A stretch of DNA of 64,000 nt from a virus (lineage: Duplodnaviria; Caudoviricetes), in IMG/VR virus record IMGVR_UViG_3300025276_000033, positions 2,012 through 66,011 of that record, one strand, 5' to 3'. Numbering within the stretch: the stretch's first letter is position 1; each line of letters starts with the position of its first letter. The position numbers were made by a program, and so were the translations under genes. The notes below the pieces were generated by a model. It made no database searches and was not told the origin of the DNA. It saw only the letters and a list, made by a program, of their open reading frames with translations. Positions 50,815-59,699 of this stretch are shown piece by piece.

Positions 50815-51744
50815 ATGAATGTACTAAGTTTATTTGATGGTATGAGTTGTGGACAAATTGCCCTAAACAAAGTCGGAATAAAGTACGATAAATATTTTGC
50901 AAGTGAAATAGATAAGTATCCTATTCAAGTAACGCAAAGTAATTATCCTGATACTATTCAATTAGGTGATGTAAAAAATATTAAAGGAATTGATTTACCT
51001 AAAATTGATTTGTTGTTTGGTGGAAGTCCTTGTCAGGGATTTAGTAAAGAAGGTAAACGATTAAATTTTGAGGACCCAAGAAGTAAGTTGTTTTTTGAAT
51101 TTGTTAGAATACTTAAAGAAGTAAAACCTAAATATTTTCTTCTTGAAAATGTTAAGATGAATAAAGAAAGTCAAAATATAATATCTAAATATTTAGGAGT
51201 TGATCCGGTGCCGATAAATTCTAATACGCATTCTGCACAAAATCGACCAAGATTATATTGGACCAATATTCCTTTTGACTTAAATGTAGAAACGAAAGAT
51301 TCTTTTAAATTTAGAAATATAGTTCAAAAAGATGTTGATAAAAAATACAACCTGGACTTAAATAAATTGACCGAAAAATTCATTAAAGATAATATAGGGT
51401 TAAGGAACGTAACATTTACTGAAAAAAGAACTGAAGAAGCAAAAAGATTAAGAAAGGAATATTTTTTGAAATATGGAAAAGACTATACCCCTCGAAGATC
51501 AAAAGAACTTTTTCCAAGAACTGATGATAAATCTAATTGTTTAACAGCAACATTTTCAAATAAAGAACATTTAGTTATTGATAGTAACGGAACATTTAGA
51601 AAACTAACACCGATAGAATTTGAAAGATTGCAAACGATTCCTGACAATTATACTAATTTTGTTTCGGACAATCAAAGATATAGAATGATAGGTAATGGTT
51701 GGACTGTTGATGTTATTGCAAACATATTTAAAAATATAAAGTAG
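50815..51744 (+). CDS. C5-cytosine DNA methyltransferase, family B copy 2
   Basis: Same motifs as B1 with a longer variable region. Confidence 0.92.
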   Translation: MNVLSLFDGMSCGQIALNKVGIKYDKYFASEIDKYPIQVTQSNYPDTIQLGDVKNIKGIDLPKIDLLFGGSPCQGFSKEGKRLNFEDPRSKLFFEFVRILKEVKPKYFLLENVKMNKESQNIISKYLGVDPVPINSNTHSAQNRPRLYWTNIPFDLNVETKDSFKFRNIVQKDVDKKYNLDLNKLTEKFIKDNIGLRNVTFTEKRTEEAKRLRKEYFLKYGKDYTPRRSKELFPRTDDKSNCLTATFSNKEHLVIDSNGTFRKLTPIEFERLQTIPDNYTNFVSDNQRYRMIGNGWTVDVIANIFKNIK

Positions 51745-51745
51745 A

Positions 51746-52813
51746 ATGCATAGATATAATTACGATTGGAATTTAGAAAATATAAACTTTACAAAAGACC
51801 AAGGCAATGTTTTCAGTTGCTTTGCTTGTGGAGGTGGTTCTACTATGGGATACAAGTTAGCAGGATTTAATGTTTTAGGGTGTAACGAAATAGATCCAAA
51901 AATGATTAGTGCATATCGCAAGAATCATAAACCTAAATATAGTTTTTTAGAACCTATCCAGGATTTTAAAAATCGAAAAGATTTGCCAGAAGAATTGTAC
52001 AATCTTGATATCTTAGACGGTTCACCACCTTGTAGTAGTTTTAGTATTTCTGGCAACAGGGGAAAGGACTGGGGAAAGCAAAAGAAATTTAGAGAAGGAC
52101 AAGCTCTTCAAGTTCTTGATACCTTGTTTTTCGATTTCATTGATCTCGCTGAAGAATTGCAACCTAAAGTAGTAGTATCCGAAAATGTCAAAGGACTGTT
52201 ATTAGGTGATGCAAAAGATTATGTCGAAAAGATTTACAAGGCATTTGATAAGGCCGGATATTATTGTCAACATAAATTATTAAATGCAAAAACAATGGGT
52301 GTTCCTCAGAATAGAGAACGAGTATTTTTTGTATGTCTTAGAAAAGACCTTGCTAATAAATTACTAAATCAAAAAGATTTATTCAATGTTAAACCATATA
52401 TCAATTTAGATTTTAACGAAACAAATATTCTTTGGGAAAATATAATTGATGAAGACGATAACAATATGGATTTATCGCCATTAGATGCTGACCTTTGGGA
52501 CAAAAAAAGACCTGGAGATACAGACCTATCTGATATAAGTATAAGAGAAAGAAATATCTTATCAAGATTCAATGCAAAGTTTTTATACAAACATAAATGT
52601 GCGAACACTATTACTGGTGGAGAGCAATGCGTTTTGTATGACAAAAAAAGAAAACGAAATCACAAAGAACTTATTCAATGTTCAAGTTTTCCAAGTGATT
52701 ATGACTTTGAAAAAAACAAACCAAGTTATATGATGGGAATGTCTGTACCTCCAATAATGATTGCACAAATAGTTGATAGAATTAACACATTTTGGCTAAG
52801 AAAGTTGCTCTAA
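51746..52813 (+). CDS. C5-cytosine DNA methyltransferase, family A copy 4
   Basis: FACGGG, PPCSSFS, ENV, PQNRERV and GMSVPP motifs. Confidence 0.92.
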   Translation: MHRYNYDWNLENINFTKDQGNVFSCFACGGGSTMGYKLAGFNVLGCNEIDPKMISAYRKNHKPKYSFLEPIQDFKNRKDLPEELYNLDILDGSPPCSSFSISGNRGKDWGKQKKFREGQALQVLDTLFFDFIDLAEELQPKVVVSENVKGLLLGDAKDYVEKIYKAFDKAGYYCQHKLLNAKTMGVPQNRERVFFVCLRKDLANKLLNQKDLFNVKPYINLDFNETNILWENIIDEDDNNMDLSPLDADLWDKKRPGDTDLSDISIRERNILSRFNAKFLYKHKCANTITGGEQCVLYDKKRKRNHKELIQCSSFPSDYDFEKNKPSYMMGMSVPPIMIAQIVDRINTFWLRKLL

Positions 52814-52816
52814 AAG

Positions 52817-52845
52817 TTGCAATTGTCAAATTTTTTTCGTATATT
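52817..52845 (+). promoter_or_regulatory. Early-type promoter TTGCAA-N17-TATATT
   Basis: Repeated motif. Confidence 0.75.
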
Positions 52846-52906
52846 ATAGAAGTCAGTTAAGGTGTGTTATCGAGATTGACACTAATTATTAACTAAAAAT
52901 AAAACG

Positions 52907-53152
52907 ATGAAAGATTTAAAACTAGAAAGGTATTTGCGAGAATACAGCGACCCTGATGTGGTCGCAACACTTGAAATTGAACTGTATGTTAAAAAAGATG
53001 CTGGTGAAAACAAGGTGATTAAATTACCTTTAAGTGCTGAAAGTTCTGATATTACATTCAAAGAATTAGAAGATAGTGTGTCAGAATACTACAAAGAAAA
53101 ATACGATACTGAAGAAGTATACGGATATGATTACAAAATTATAGAAAAATAA
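52907..53152 (+). CDS. Hypothetical early protein
   Basis: ORF behind the promoter. Confidence 0.6.
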   Translation: MKDLKLERYLREYSDPDVVATLEIELYVKKDAGENKVIKLPLSAESSDITFKELEDSVSEYYKEKYDTEEVYGYDYKIIEK

Positions 53153-53164
53153 AAAACAAAAGTT

Positions 53165-53392
53165 ATGAAAAGTGATAATAAAATTACATCGAAAGTCCCC
53201 AAAGAATTGATTCCAGCTAATAGAACTTTTTTAATTGAAGAAGATGACATGTGTGTTCATATCATAAAAACCGGATTCAGTCAAAGAAAAAATTATCTAG
53301 TTGTTTTTGAAGATGCGTATCAACAGAGATTAGGAGAAACTGAAATGATGTCAGAATTAGATATCAAAAATAAATTCGGAATAATACTGTAA
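53165..53392 (+). CDS. Hypothetical protein
   Basis: ORF. Confidence 0.55.
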   Translation: MKSDNKITSKVPKELIPANRTFLIEEDDMCVHIIKTGFSQRKNYLVVFEDAYQQRLGETEMMSELDIKNKFGIIL

Positions 53393-53405
53393 ACTTCATA
53401 GAGCA

Positions 53406-53618
53406 ATGGAAGACAAGGAAAATATAAAAGAACTATTAATTAAGTTTTGTATAGTAACAAACTTTGGTGCTTGTGATGTAGAAAAATGGGTCAAAGAAAA
53501 TGGCGTAAAAAGAAAACATAGAGATACTGTAATTGATATTGAATATTTAGTAGAAATGTTTTTATTGCAACACGAAATTGATTTATTGAATGGTAAATTA
53601 AAACAATACCTAAAATAA
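53406..53618 (+). CDS. Hypothetical protein
   Basis: ORF. Confidence 0.5.
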   Translation: MEDKENIKELLIKFCIVTNFGACDVEKWVKENGVKRKHRDTVIDIEYLVEMFLLQHEIDLLNGKLKQYLK

Positions 53619-53630
53619 GTAACTCAAAAG

Positions 53631-53659
53631 TTGCAATTGTCAATTTAATTCGGTATCTT
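53631..53659 (+). promoter_or_regulatory. Early-type promoter TTGCAA-N17-TATCTT
   Basis: Spacer identical to the 44815 copy. Confidence 0.75.
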
Positions 53660-53710
53660 ATATTTGTTGATGAAGTCATCGACATATTGTTTAACCTTTA
53701 AAATACTAAA

Positions 53711-53914
53711 ATGAATACAAAAGAAAAATTATTATTAGAAAAACTTATTGATTTGGCTTTTTCTGGTTCAACTTCTGTTCTTGCTGAATGTCTTCGAGAG
53801 ATCGAAATTTGGGAAGGAGGTTGGGTTTCAAAAAATCCTTTAGATGGTTACTTTGAAGTAAGTGCTGATAATGGAATCTTAGAATTGTCACCAGATTTAG
53901 AACCTATAAAATAA
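53711..53914 (+). CDS. Hypothetical protein
   Basis: ORF behind the promoter. Confidence 0.55.
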   Translation: MNTKEKLLLEKLIDLAFSGSTSVLAECLREIEIWEGGWVSKNPLDGYFEVSADNGILELSPDLEPIK

Positions 53915-53920
53915 AAAGAT

Positions 53921-54136
53921 ATGACCGAAACTAAAATAATAAAAAACAATATGGAATTAGGAACAATACTTTTTTTAATATTTTTAGTGCTAAAATTAAC
54001 TGACAATATTGATTGGTCTTGGTGGTGGGTCACTTCTCCATTATGGATACCGATTCTGTTTGTGTTAGCATTAGGTGGCATAGGAATTGTAATTGTAATT
54101 TTAAGTGTAATCCTATCAGCAATATTTGATAGGTAA
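53921..54136 (+). CDS. Small membrane protein (LKL...IDWSWWWVTSPLWI type)
   Basis: Motif I recall from common small phage TM proteins. Confidence 0.65.
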   Translation: MTETKIIKNNMELGTILFLIFLVLKLTDNIDWSWWWVTSPLWIPILFVLALGGIGIVIVILSVILSAIFDR

Positions 54137-54148
54137 CAAACGGATGTT

Positions 54149-54304
54149 ATGAAAAAGGAATCTCGCATTAAGAAAATGTTAAAGAACTCTCAAAGAGAAC
54201 AAAGAAAAGAACAAGGGTTTTTTGATGGTAGGTTTATGCCAAGAGTTGAAGTCCCTAAAAAACGATATTCCAGAAAGAAAAAACATTTGAAATTAATTGA
54301 ATAA
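54149..54304 (+). CDS. Small basic protein of 51 aa, not in the ORF track
   Basis: MKKESRIKKMLKNSQREQRKEQGFFDGRFMPRVEVPKKRYSRKKKHLKLIE. Confidence 0.55.
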   Translation: MKKESRIKKMLKNSQREQRKEQGFFDGRFMPRVEVPKKRYSRKKKHLKLIE

Positions 54305-54401
54305 TATGGCGGTTCTGTGGCAAAACTATGGAACTAATTGCGTATATTGTAATAGATGGTGAGGGTAGTACCTTTATCACGTTTAACTAAAAACTTTTAA
54401 A

Positions 54402-54692
54402 ATGAGAAAGATAACACGAGAATCAATTGATGCGTTTAATTCAAACGTAACCTTTTCAAAAGCAAATACTACGGTTACGGTTTCTGATACTACAACGGTC
54501 TTACTACTGCACGGAAACTCTATTGCATACAAAGATATAGCAACAGGAAAAGTCGAAATCACAAATTGTGGTTGGGATACAACTACAACAAAAGAAAGAT
54601 TGAACGGTCTTGATGAAGTAGAAATACGACAAAGACAAGGACAATGGTATCTTAATGGTAACATTTGGGATGGGAATTTAATTCAAATCTAA
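54402..54692 (+). CDS. Conserved-looking phage hypothetical protein
   Basis: LHGNSIA...GW.TTTTKERLN motif. Confidence 0.65.
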   Translation: MRKITRESIDAFNSNVTFSKANTTVTVSDTTTVLLLHGNSIAYKDIATGKVEITNCGWDTTTTKERLNGLDEVEIRQRQGQWYLNGNIWDGNLIQI

Positions 54693-54715
54693 AAGTTCTA
54701 TAAAAATTAAAATTT

Positions 54716-54742
54716 AAAGGCAATCATTTGATTGTCTTTTTT
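54716..54742 (+). terminator. Rho-independent terminator
   Basis: AAAGGCAATCA...TGATTGTCTTT followed by a T-run. Confidence 0.75.
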
Positions 54743-54769
54743 GATTAAATACTAAAAGAAAATACTAGG

Positions 54770-55111
54770 ATGAGATCATTAAACGAATTTTTAAACGAAT
54801 CAGAATTAACAGAATCTAAAAGAGAAATAGGAAAATATTATAATGCTGCCAGAAAAGCAAGAGCTACAGATTTAACACAAGTAGATTCTGATTATGGTGA
54901 CTTAGTAAAATTAAGTGGTACTAAACAAAACCATACTAGAAAGAATGCTGGTGCATCATTTAACTTTATAGGTGCAGATGGAGATTGGGTAGAAATATAC
55001 TATGACGAAAAACAAGAAAAGGTTTTGATGGCGAAAAATACTGGCATCGTTAATCCAGATTTTCATACTAAAGGTAGCATTTCTATTGAAGATATGTTAA
55101 AATTAATATAA
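54770..55111 (+). CDS. LNEFLNE-tagged putative internal head protein
   Basis: MRSLNEFLNESELTES; TTAAATA at 54745. Confidence 0.7.
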   Translation: MRSLNEFLNESELTESKREIGKYYNAARKARATDLTQVDSDYGDLVKLSGTKQNHTRKNAGASFNFIGADGDWVEIYYDEKQEKVLMAKNTGIVNPDFHTKGSISIEDMLKLI

Positions 55112-55170
55112 TCATTTTACGATAAAATATATTCCATTATTACGGTATTAAATAAGAGAAACCCCATACA

Positions 55171-55347
55171 ATGACCGATTATGCACACTACGATGATTTT
55201 TTAGAATCAGTATTAGAAATTGCAAAAATAGAATACGAAATTTCAAAAGAAGAAATAGATTACAACGATGAACACTTTTTACAATGCTATCAAGAAGGAA
55301 CAAGCGCAGGACATGCTGTTTTTCTTTTGTCAAGTACTTGTTTATAA
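55171..55347 (+). CDS. Small acidic hypothetical protein of 58 aa, not in the ORF track
   Basis: MTDYAHYDDFLES...; TTAAATA upstream. Confidence 0.4.
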   Translation: MTDYAHYDDFLESVLEIAKIEYEISKEEIDYNDEHFLQCYQEGTSAGHAVFLLSSTCL

Positions 55348-55364
55348 AATATAAATAAATTACT

Positions 55365-55589
55365 ATGAATCATTGGACCGCACAATATTTGATAGACGAA
55401 AAAATGTTCTACTTAGTTGAACATAGAATAGAAGGAGTAGAAGGAGAACACTTTTTTGAAAATCTTGATGATTACAAAGAAGGTGTTATTGCATTAGCAT
55501 TGCTTAGTAAAGAAAAGAATTTACCTTTCGATATTACATTTAGAGATACCTTTTGTTTAGTATCTGATATTAATATAACCCCCTTATAA
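55365..55589 (+). CDS. Hypothetical protein
   Basis: ORF. Confidence 0.5.
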   Translation: MNHWTAQYLIDEKMFYLVEHRIEGVEGEHFFENLDDYKEGVIALALLSKEKNLPFDITFRDTFCLVSDINITPL

Positions 55590-55599
55590 AAAATAGATT

Positions 55600-55854
55600 A
55601 TGAAAAATGCAAGTATTACCATATTCAAAGATGGTGAAAATATTTTTAATTATGTTTCTGATGCAATTCCTAATGTAGGCGATTTCATAGAAATTCCAAT
55701 CACCTATGATGTTGTTTTAGGACAGGACAGATTCGAAAGTAAAAAATCTAAATTTCCTGGAAAGTTTTATGTTATTGAAAGAACATTTATTTGTAACAAA
55801 AATCAAGTTGCACTATCTGTGGTTTATGACGAACCAAAAGAATTTTTACTTTAG
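55600..55854 (+). CDS. Hypothetical protein
   Basis: ORF. Confidence 0.55.
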   Translation: MKNASITIFKDGENIFNYVSDAIPNVGDFIEIPITYDVVLGQDRFESKKSKFPGKFYVIERTFICNKNQVALSVVYDEPKEFLL

Positions 55855-55856
55855 TC

Positions 55857-56177
55857 ATGAAACAAATTACATTTGAAAAGGATTTAAAATCCGAATGGTA
55901 CGTAGTTTTACCTAATTGGCCTTTTGATAAAGATAGATTAAAGGTAGATGATGCTGCAAGTGTTTTTTGTGATATTCTGGCAAAGGATAAAAACAAGGTA
56001 ACTGTAAACATTGATGAAAAACCATTTAAAGGATATCAATATAATTTAACTTTTGTGCATCACGAAGGTGGGGGTGGAGATTACCATTTCAATTGTGGTT
56101 GTTATGATTATCCGGTTTGGTTAGGAAACAAATTCGAATTTATTTTTGGTCATTTACCTGACAATGTTTATTTATAA
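55857..56177 (+). CDS. Hypothetical protein
   Basis: WYVVLPNW...VWL...FGHLP pattern. Confidence 0.6.
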   Translation: MKQITFEKDLKSEWYVVLPNWPFDKDRLKVDDAASVFCDILAKDKNKVTVNIDEKPFKGYQYNLTFVHHEGGGGDYHFNCGCYDYPVWLGNKFEFIFGHLPDNVYL

Positions 56178-56204
56178 ATAATTTAAAAATAAGTAGTCTA
56201 AAAG

Positions 56205-56233
56205 TTGCAATTGTCACTGGGATTGCGTATCTT
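56205..56233 (+). promoter_or_regulatory. Early-type promoter TTGCAA-N17-TATCTT
   Basis: Repeated motif; downstream leader shared with 54357-54388. Confidence 0.75.
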
Positions 56234-56288
56234 GTCTTTGTTGGTGAGGGTAGTACCCCTATCGCGTTTAACTTTTAAAACTACAAAA

Positions 56289-56789
56289 ATGAATTACGAA
56301 GAAGAAAAACAAATTACTGAGGAATACAAAGAGTTGTATTCTGAACCATTAAAAAAATTAAAAGAAAGAGTACAAGGCATTTTTCCAAATGCAAAGTTTT
56401 CTGCTGAAGTCTATGTCGGTTTCGGAAATCCAACTTTATCGACAAGTTTTTATCTGATATCGGAAAAAGAAGATCAGTCTCATAACATTGTAGATAACGA
56501 TCCAGTTGCTACAAAGTTTATTGCACATTTACCGAAAATTCATCCTACTAAAGATACTAAGTTCAAATTAGAATTGCTGCGAGGTGGATTATACTTAGAA
56601 CCATCAGAAGGTTCTTACCTTGCAATGGAAAGATTGAAATTACCTTTCAGAAAAAGTACTGACGTTATTGAAAAACAAGTTGATAAGTTAGTTAAGTACT
56701 TTGAAGGTGTAGGAAAAGCTATCATTGAAAACAAAGATGTTATTTACAAAAAAGACATCAAAGATAAGTATTTAGAAATTTCAATTTAA
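56289..56789 (+). CDS. Hypothetical early protein
   Basis: Start set to ATG 56289, since the track's upstream extension lies in the promoter. Confidence 0.65.
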   Translation: MNYEEEKQITEEYKELYSEPLKKLKERVQGIFPNAKFSAEVYVGFGNPTLSTSFYLISEKEDQSHNIVDNDPVATKFIAHLPKIHPTKDTKFKLELLRGGLYLEPSEGSYLAMERLKLPFRKSTDVIEKQVDKLVKYFEGVGKAIIENKDVIYKKDIKDKYLEISI

Positions 56790-56879
56790 TTTAAAAAAAT
56801 TCACTTTAATAAAATATTTTAGTGAATTTTTGTATTATATATATAAGAAAAACAAAATACGTTCTTAGAAATATTGAAA

Positions 56880-57495
56880 AAATAAGAACCCAAGTTGCCG
56901 GGTTCTTTCTCAAAAGTATAGTTTTTTAAACGAGTTGAACTATACATCTCATTCGAGATATAGGCAAAACATTGGTAATTCAGTACCCTATGTAGTTAGG
57001 GGAGCAGGTTACACTATAATGGATAGGACATTGCTTTGACAGAAGTTTAAAACTATCAGTGTTGAAAACAAAGAGGTATTGCTGTTCGGAATATCGTAGT
57101 TGTTTTTAAAATTAGGGATTTGAGTGATTATCCTAACAAAACGAAAATGTTACAAAACCCATCAAAAGGTTCTGGACAAACAATTTAATTCATTTTAATT
57201 TGTAAACACTTATGGTATGCATTGAAGTGCCTAATCATTTGTTAGAAATAACAAGTGGTCCCGAAAGGGGTAGATGAATAGCAATTCCAGTTGTTTGAAA
57301 TTTACACTTAAAGATTTAGTACAGGCATGTATGTAAATTTGAGAGTAGAAAATGTATATCTTATTCTGTTACGGTACAGTCCAAAATCGTAGGGTAAATT
57401 GATTGAAGGTTCTTAACAAACCGTGTGCTAACTATTTTAAAAAAACGAATAGGTCAATCAAATTCAATAATCGAGTAGTGCTAGAGATTATTTTT
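56880..57495 (+). ncRNA. Candidate large structured ncRNA (ROOL/GOLLD class)
   Basis: No ORF of 60 aa or more; many helices, GAAA tetraloops and long-range crossing pairings; abuts the tRNA; ends approximate. Confidence 0.6.
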
Positions 57496-57499
57496 ATTT

Positions 57500-57576
57500 G
57501 CCGATGTAGCTCAGTTGGCTAGAGCAGCTGATTTGTAATCAGCAGGTCGTGGGTTCGAGTCCCTCCATCGGCTCCA
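57500..57576 (+). tRNA. tRNA-Thr(UGU) with encoded CCA
   Basis: Acceptor GCCGATG/CATCGGC, D-arm AGCTCAGTTGGCTAGAGC, anticodon arm CTGAT-TTGTAA-TCAG, T-loop GTTCGAG, 3' TCCA. Confidence 0.95.
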
Positions 57577-57596
57577 TATAATGTAAATTTTTATAG

Positions 57597-57797
57597 ATGA
57601 ATATAACACAAGAAGCTACAGATCAATCTTCAAAATCTGCAATATTAAAACTAACAAACTTTTCAAACTTTCAACTTCCAAAACCTTCAATCGGTTCTTA
57701 TGACATAGGTGGTACTAGAATTAGCCTTACAAAAAAACCTAATAAGTTTCATAGATTGATGGTAAAAATATTTTTAGGTTGGACCTGGAAAGATTAA
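57597..57797 (+). CDS. Hypothetical protein
   Basis: KKPN.FHR....FLGW.W motif seen in small phage proteins. Confidence 0.55.
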   Translation: MNITQEATDQSSKSAILKLTNFSNFQLPKPSIGSYDIGGTRISLTKKPNKFHRLMVKIFLGWTWKD

Positions 57798-57819
57798 ATA
57801 ACAAAACAAATAACTAAAA

Positions 57820-58221
57820 ATGAAATCAATAAACGAATTTATAAACGAAGGACTTAAAGATAAATTTTTAAATCTTTTCAAGAAAAAAGATAAAGATGAA
57901 AGAATAGTAAATCGTTCAGTAGTGGGAACCTATGAAGTAACTAAATCATTTCATAATGGATTTAAAGATTACTTTGATGTTGGAGATAAAATTTCTATTG
58001 ATTATGAGGTTAAATATCCAAATAGAAAGGATAAAAAATATGAACACTATGTTATTTATCATATGCCAATAAAGGGAGAGGACTTAAATATGGAAATTTT
58101 CAATGCAAATAACCAAGAAAACTACGACAGTGTATTATCAAATCTAAAAAAGATTTCAAATAAACCAGACACATCATTGACGAATAGACATTTTGGATTA
58201 TCACAAAATTACTATACATGA
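57820..58221 (+). CDS. Tagged putative internal head protein (MKSINEFINEG)
   Basis: Tag; TTAAATA at 57794 overlapping the upstream stop. Confidence 0.7.
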   Translation: MKSINEFINEGLKDKFLNLFKKKDKDERIVNRSVVGTYEVTKSFHNGFKDYFDVGDKISIDYEVKYPNRKDKKYEHYVIYHMPIKGEDLNMEIFNANNQENYDSVLSNLKKISNKPDTSLTNRHFGLSQNYYT

Positions 58222-58245
58222 TACAAATTAATTGAAATTATATTA

Positions 58246-58283
58246 AAGGAATACTTGCAAAAGTGTTCCTTTTTTCGTATATT
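58246..58283 (+). promoter_or_regulatory. Terminator hairpin overlapping an early-type promoter (TTGCAA 58255, TATATT 58278)
   Basis: AAGGAATACTT...AAGTGTTCCTT plus T-run, with the -35 element spanning the loop. Confidence 0.65.
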
Positions 58284-58308
58284 ACTAATCTAATCTAAAA
58301 GAGATACT

Positions 58309-59226
58309 ATGAATTTAGGATACGCATGTATAAATCAAACACTTTCAAAAGATAAGATTACATCTAACAGGGGCATGATTAAAAGAACCTTTATTGCAAA
58401 AGGAATGCCTTACTGTTCTGAACTTGCTTTGCAAAATGTCAGAGACCTTTTCAAAATAGTTCAATGGAACACAAGAAACAAAATCAAAGTTTTCAGAATG
58501 TCTTCGAATATATTTCCGTGGATGTCCGAATACGAATTGACCGATTTACAAGATTGGCCAAAGATTGAAAACATTCTAAAAGCAATAGGTAAACACGCAA
58601 ACGAAAATGATGTTCGTTTATCTTTTCATCCAGGACCGTTCAATATTCTTTGTTCACCAAAAATAGAAGTTGTTGAAAAGACTATCAAAGAACTTGACCA
58701 ACATTGTTTCATTCTCGATACTATGGGATTAGAAATTTCAAGAAAGCACAAAGTCAATATTCATATCGGAGGTGCATATGGCGACAAAGATTCTGCAATG
58801 AATAGATGGATCGACAATTTCAAAAGACTATCCGACAGTGCTAAAAAAAGATTGACTATTGAAAATGATGACAAACTTTCAATGTATGCAGTAGAAGATT
58901 TACTTTATGTTTCTAAAAAAACAAATGTTCCTATTGTGTTCGATTTTCATCATCACGATTGTCATCCTGGAATATTGACAAAAGAACAAGCATTGAAAAG
59001 TGCATTAGAAACTTGGCCAAAAGATATTATTCCAATGACACATTACAGTTCATCAAGAAAGATATACGAAGATTCTACTGTAAAGAATGTTGCACATGCA
59101 GATTACTTGTATGAGCCAATTCCTTTTACAGACAAATATGTTTTTGATGTAGTCTTAGAAACTAAAGCAAAGGAACTTGCAAGAATTAAATACCTTAAAG
59201 AATTTACATTATATGAAACCACTTAA
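58309..59226 (+). CDS. uvsE: UV damage endonuclease (UvsE/UvdE)
   Basis: LGYACIN, FRMSS, RLSFHPG, IHIGG, IENDD, FDFHHH, HYSSS and HADY motifs. Confidence 0.92.
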   Translation: MNLGYACINQTLSKDKITSNRGMIKRTFIAKGMPYCSELALQNVRDLFKIVQWNTRNKIKVFRMSSNIFPWMSEYELTDLQDWPKIENILKAIGKHANENDVRLSFHPGPFNILCSPKIEVVEKTIKELDQHCFILDTMGLEISRKHKVNIHIGGAYGDKDSAMNRWIDNFKRLSDSAKKRLTIENDDKLSMYAVEDLLYVSKKTNVPIVFDFHHHDCHPGILTKEQALKSALETWPKDIIPMTHYSSSRKIYEDSTVKNVAHADYLYEPIPFTDKYVFDVVLETKAKELARIKYLKEFTLYETT

Positions 59227-59686
59227 CGAATTTTTAAATGACGAAAAACAATATACTAAGTTAAACGAAGGTAAGATGCATACTATTGTAAGTGAATTGG
59301 CAACCGAATTTAAAGCTGAAGTTAAAACTAATCAATATGATTGGGCATTAGAACCTTTTATGACAAATAAAGTTTGGACTAAGATGAATGGTAGAAAATA
59401 TAAAGAACCAGGAAAATTTCGTGTTAACATATATAGAAATGATGATAAAGAAACCGTTGATGAGAAACGACAAGTACAAAATAATTTTTGGCCTTGGTTG
59501 ATAAAACAATCAGGAGTTAAATCTATGGGCGAAGTTAGTGGAGAATTCGAGGGTGCTGGTTATAGTGAAGCTGTAGAATATAAAGGTGTTGTATTTATTA
59601 AAAGAAAAGACACAGATAAATATACAATAACAGAATACTTTTCTAAAGGTAGATTTAAAAATTCTGGAATGTGGAATCAAAAATAA
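59213..59686 (+). CDS. Tagged putative internal head protein (MKPLNEFLND...KLNEG)
   Basis: ATG 59213; TTAAATA at 59186 inside the end of uvsE. Confidence 0.7.
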   Translation: MKPLNEFLNDEKQYTKLNEGKMHTIVSELATEFKAEVKTNQYDWALEPFMTNKVWTKMNGRKYKEPGKFRVNIYRNDDKETVDEKRQVQNNFWPWLIKQSGVKSMGEVSGEFEGAGYSEAVEYKGVVFIKRKDTDKYTITEYFSKGRFKNSGMWNQK

Positions 59687-59699
59687 AGATATAAAAATT

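Noticed and set aside
46863-52813. Restriction-modification system or diversity-generating retroelement
   Set aside because: No endonuclease or reverse transcriptase in the window; the variable regions are unalignable rather than differing only at adenines
56205-56288. N-terminal extension of the ORF at 56205
   Set aside because: The TTG start is the -35 element of the repeated promoter; ATG 56289 is more plausible
56880-57495. tmRNA, RNase P RNA or a self-splicing intron
   Set aside because: No tRNA-Ala-like ends or tag ORF, no GAGGAAAGUCC P4 motif, no interrupted gene, and no recognizable group I or II core
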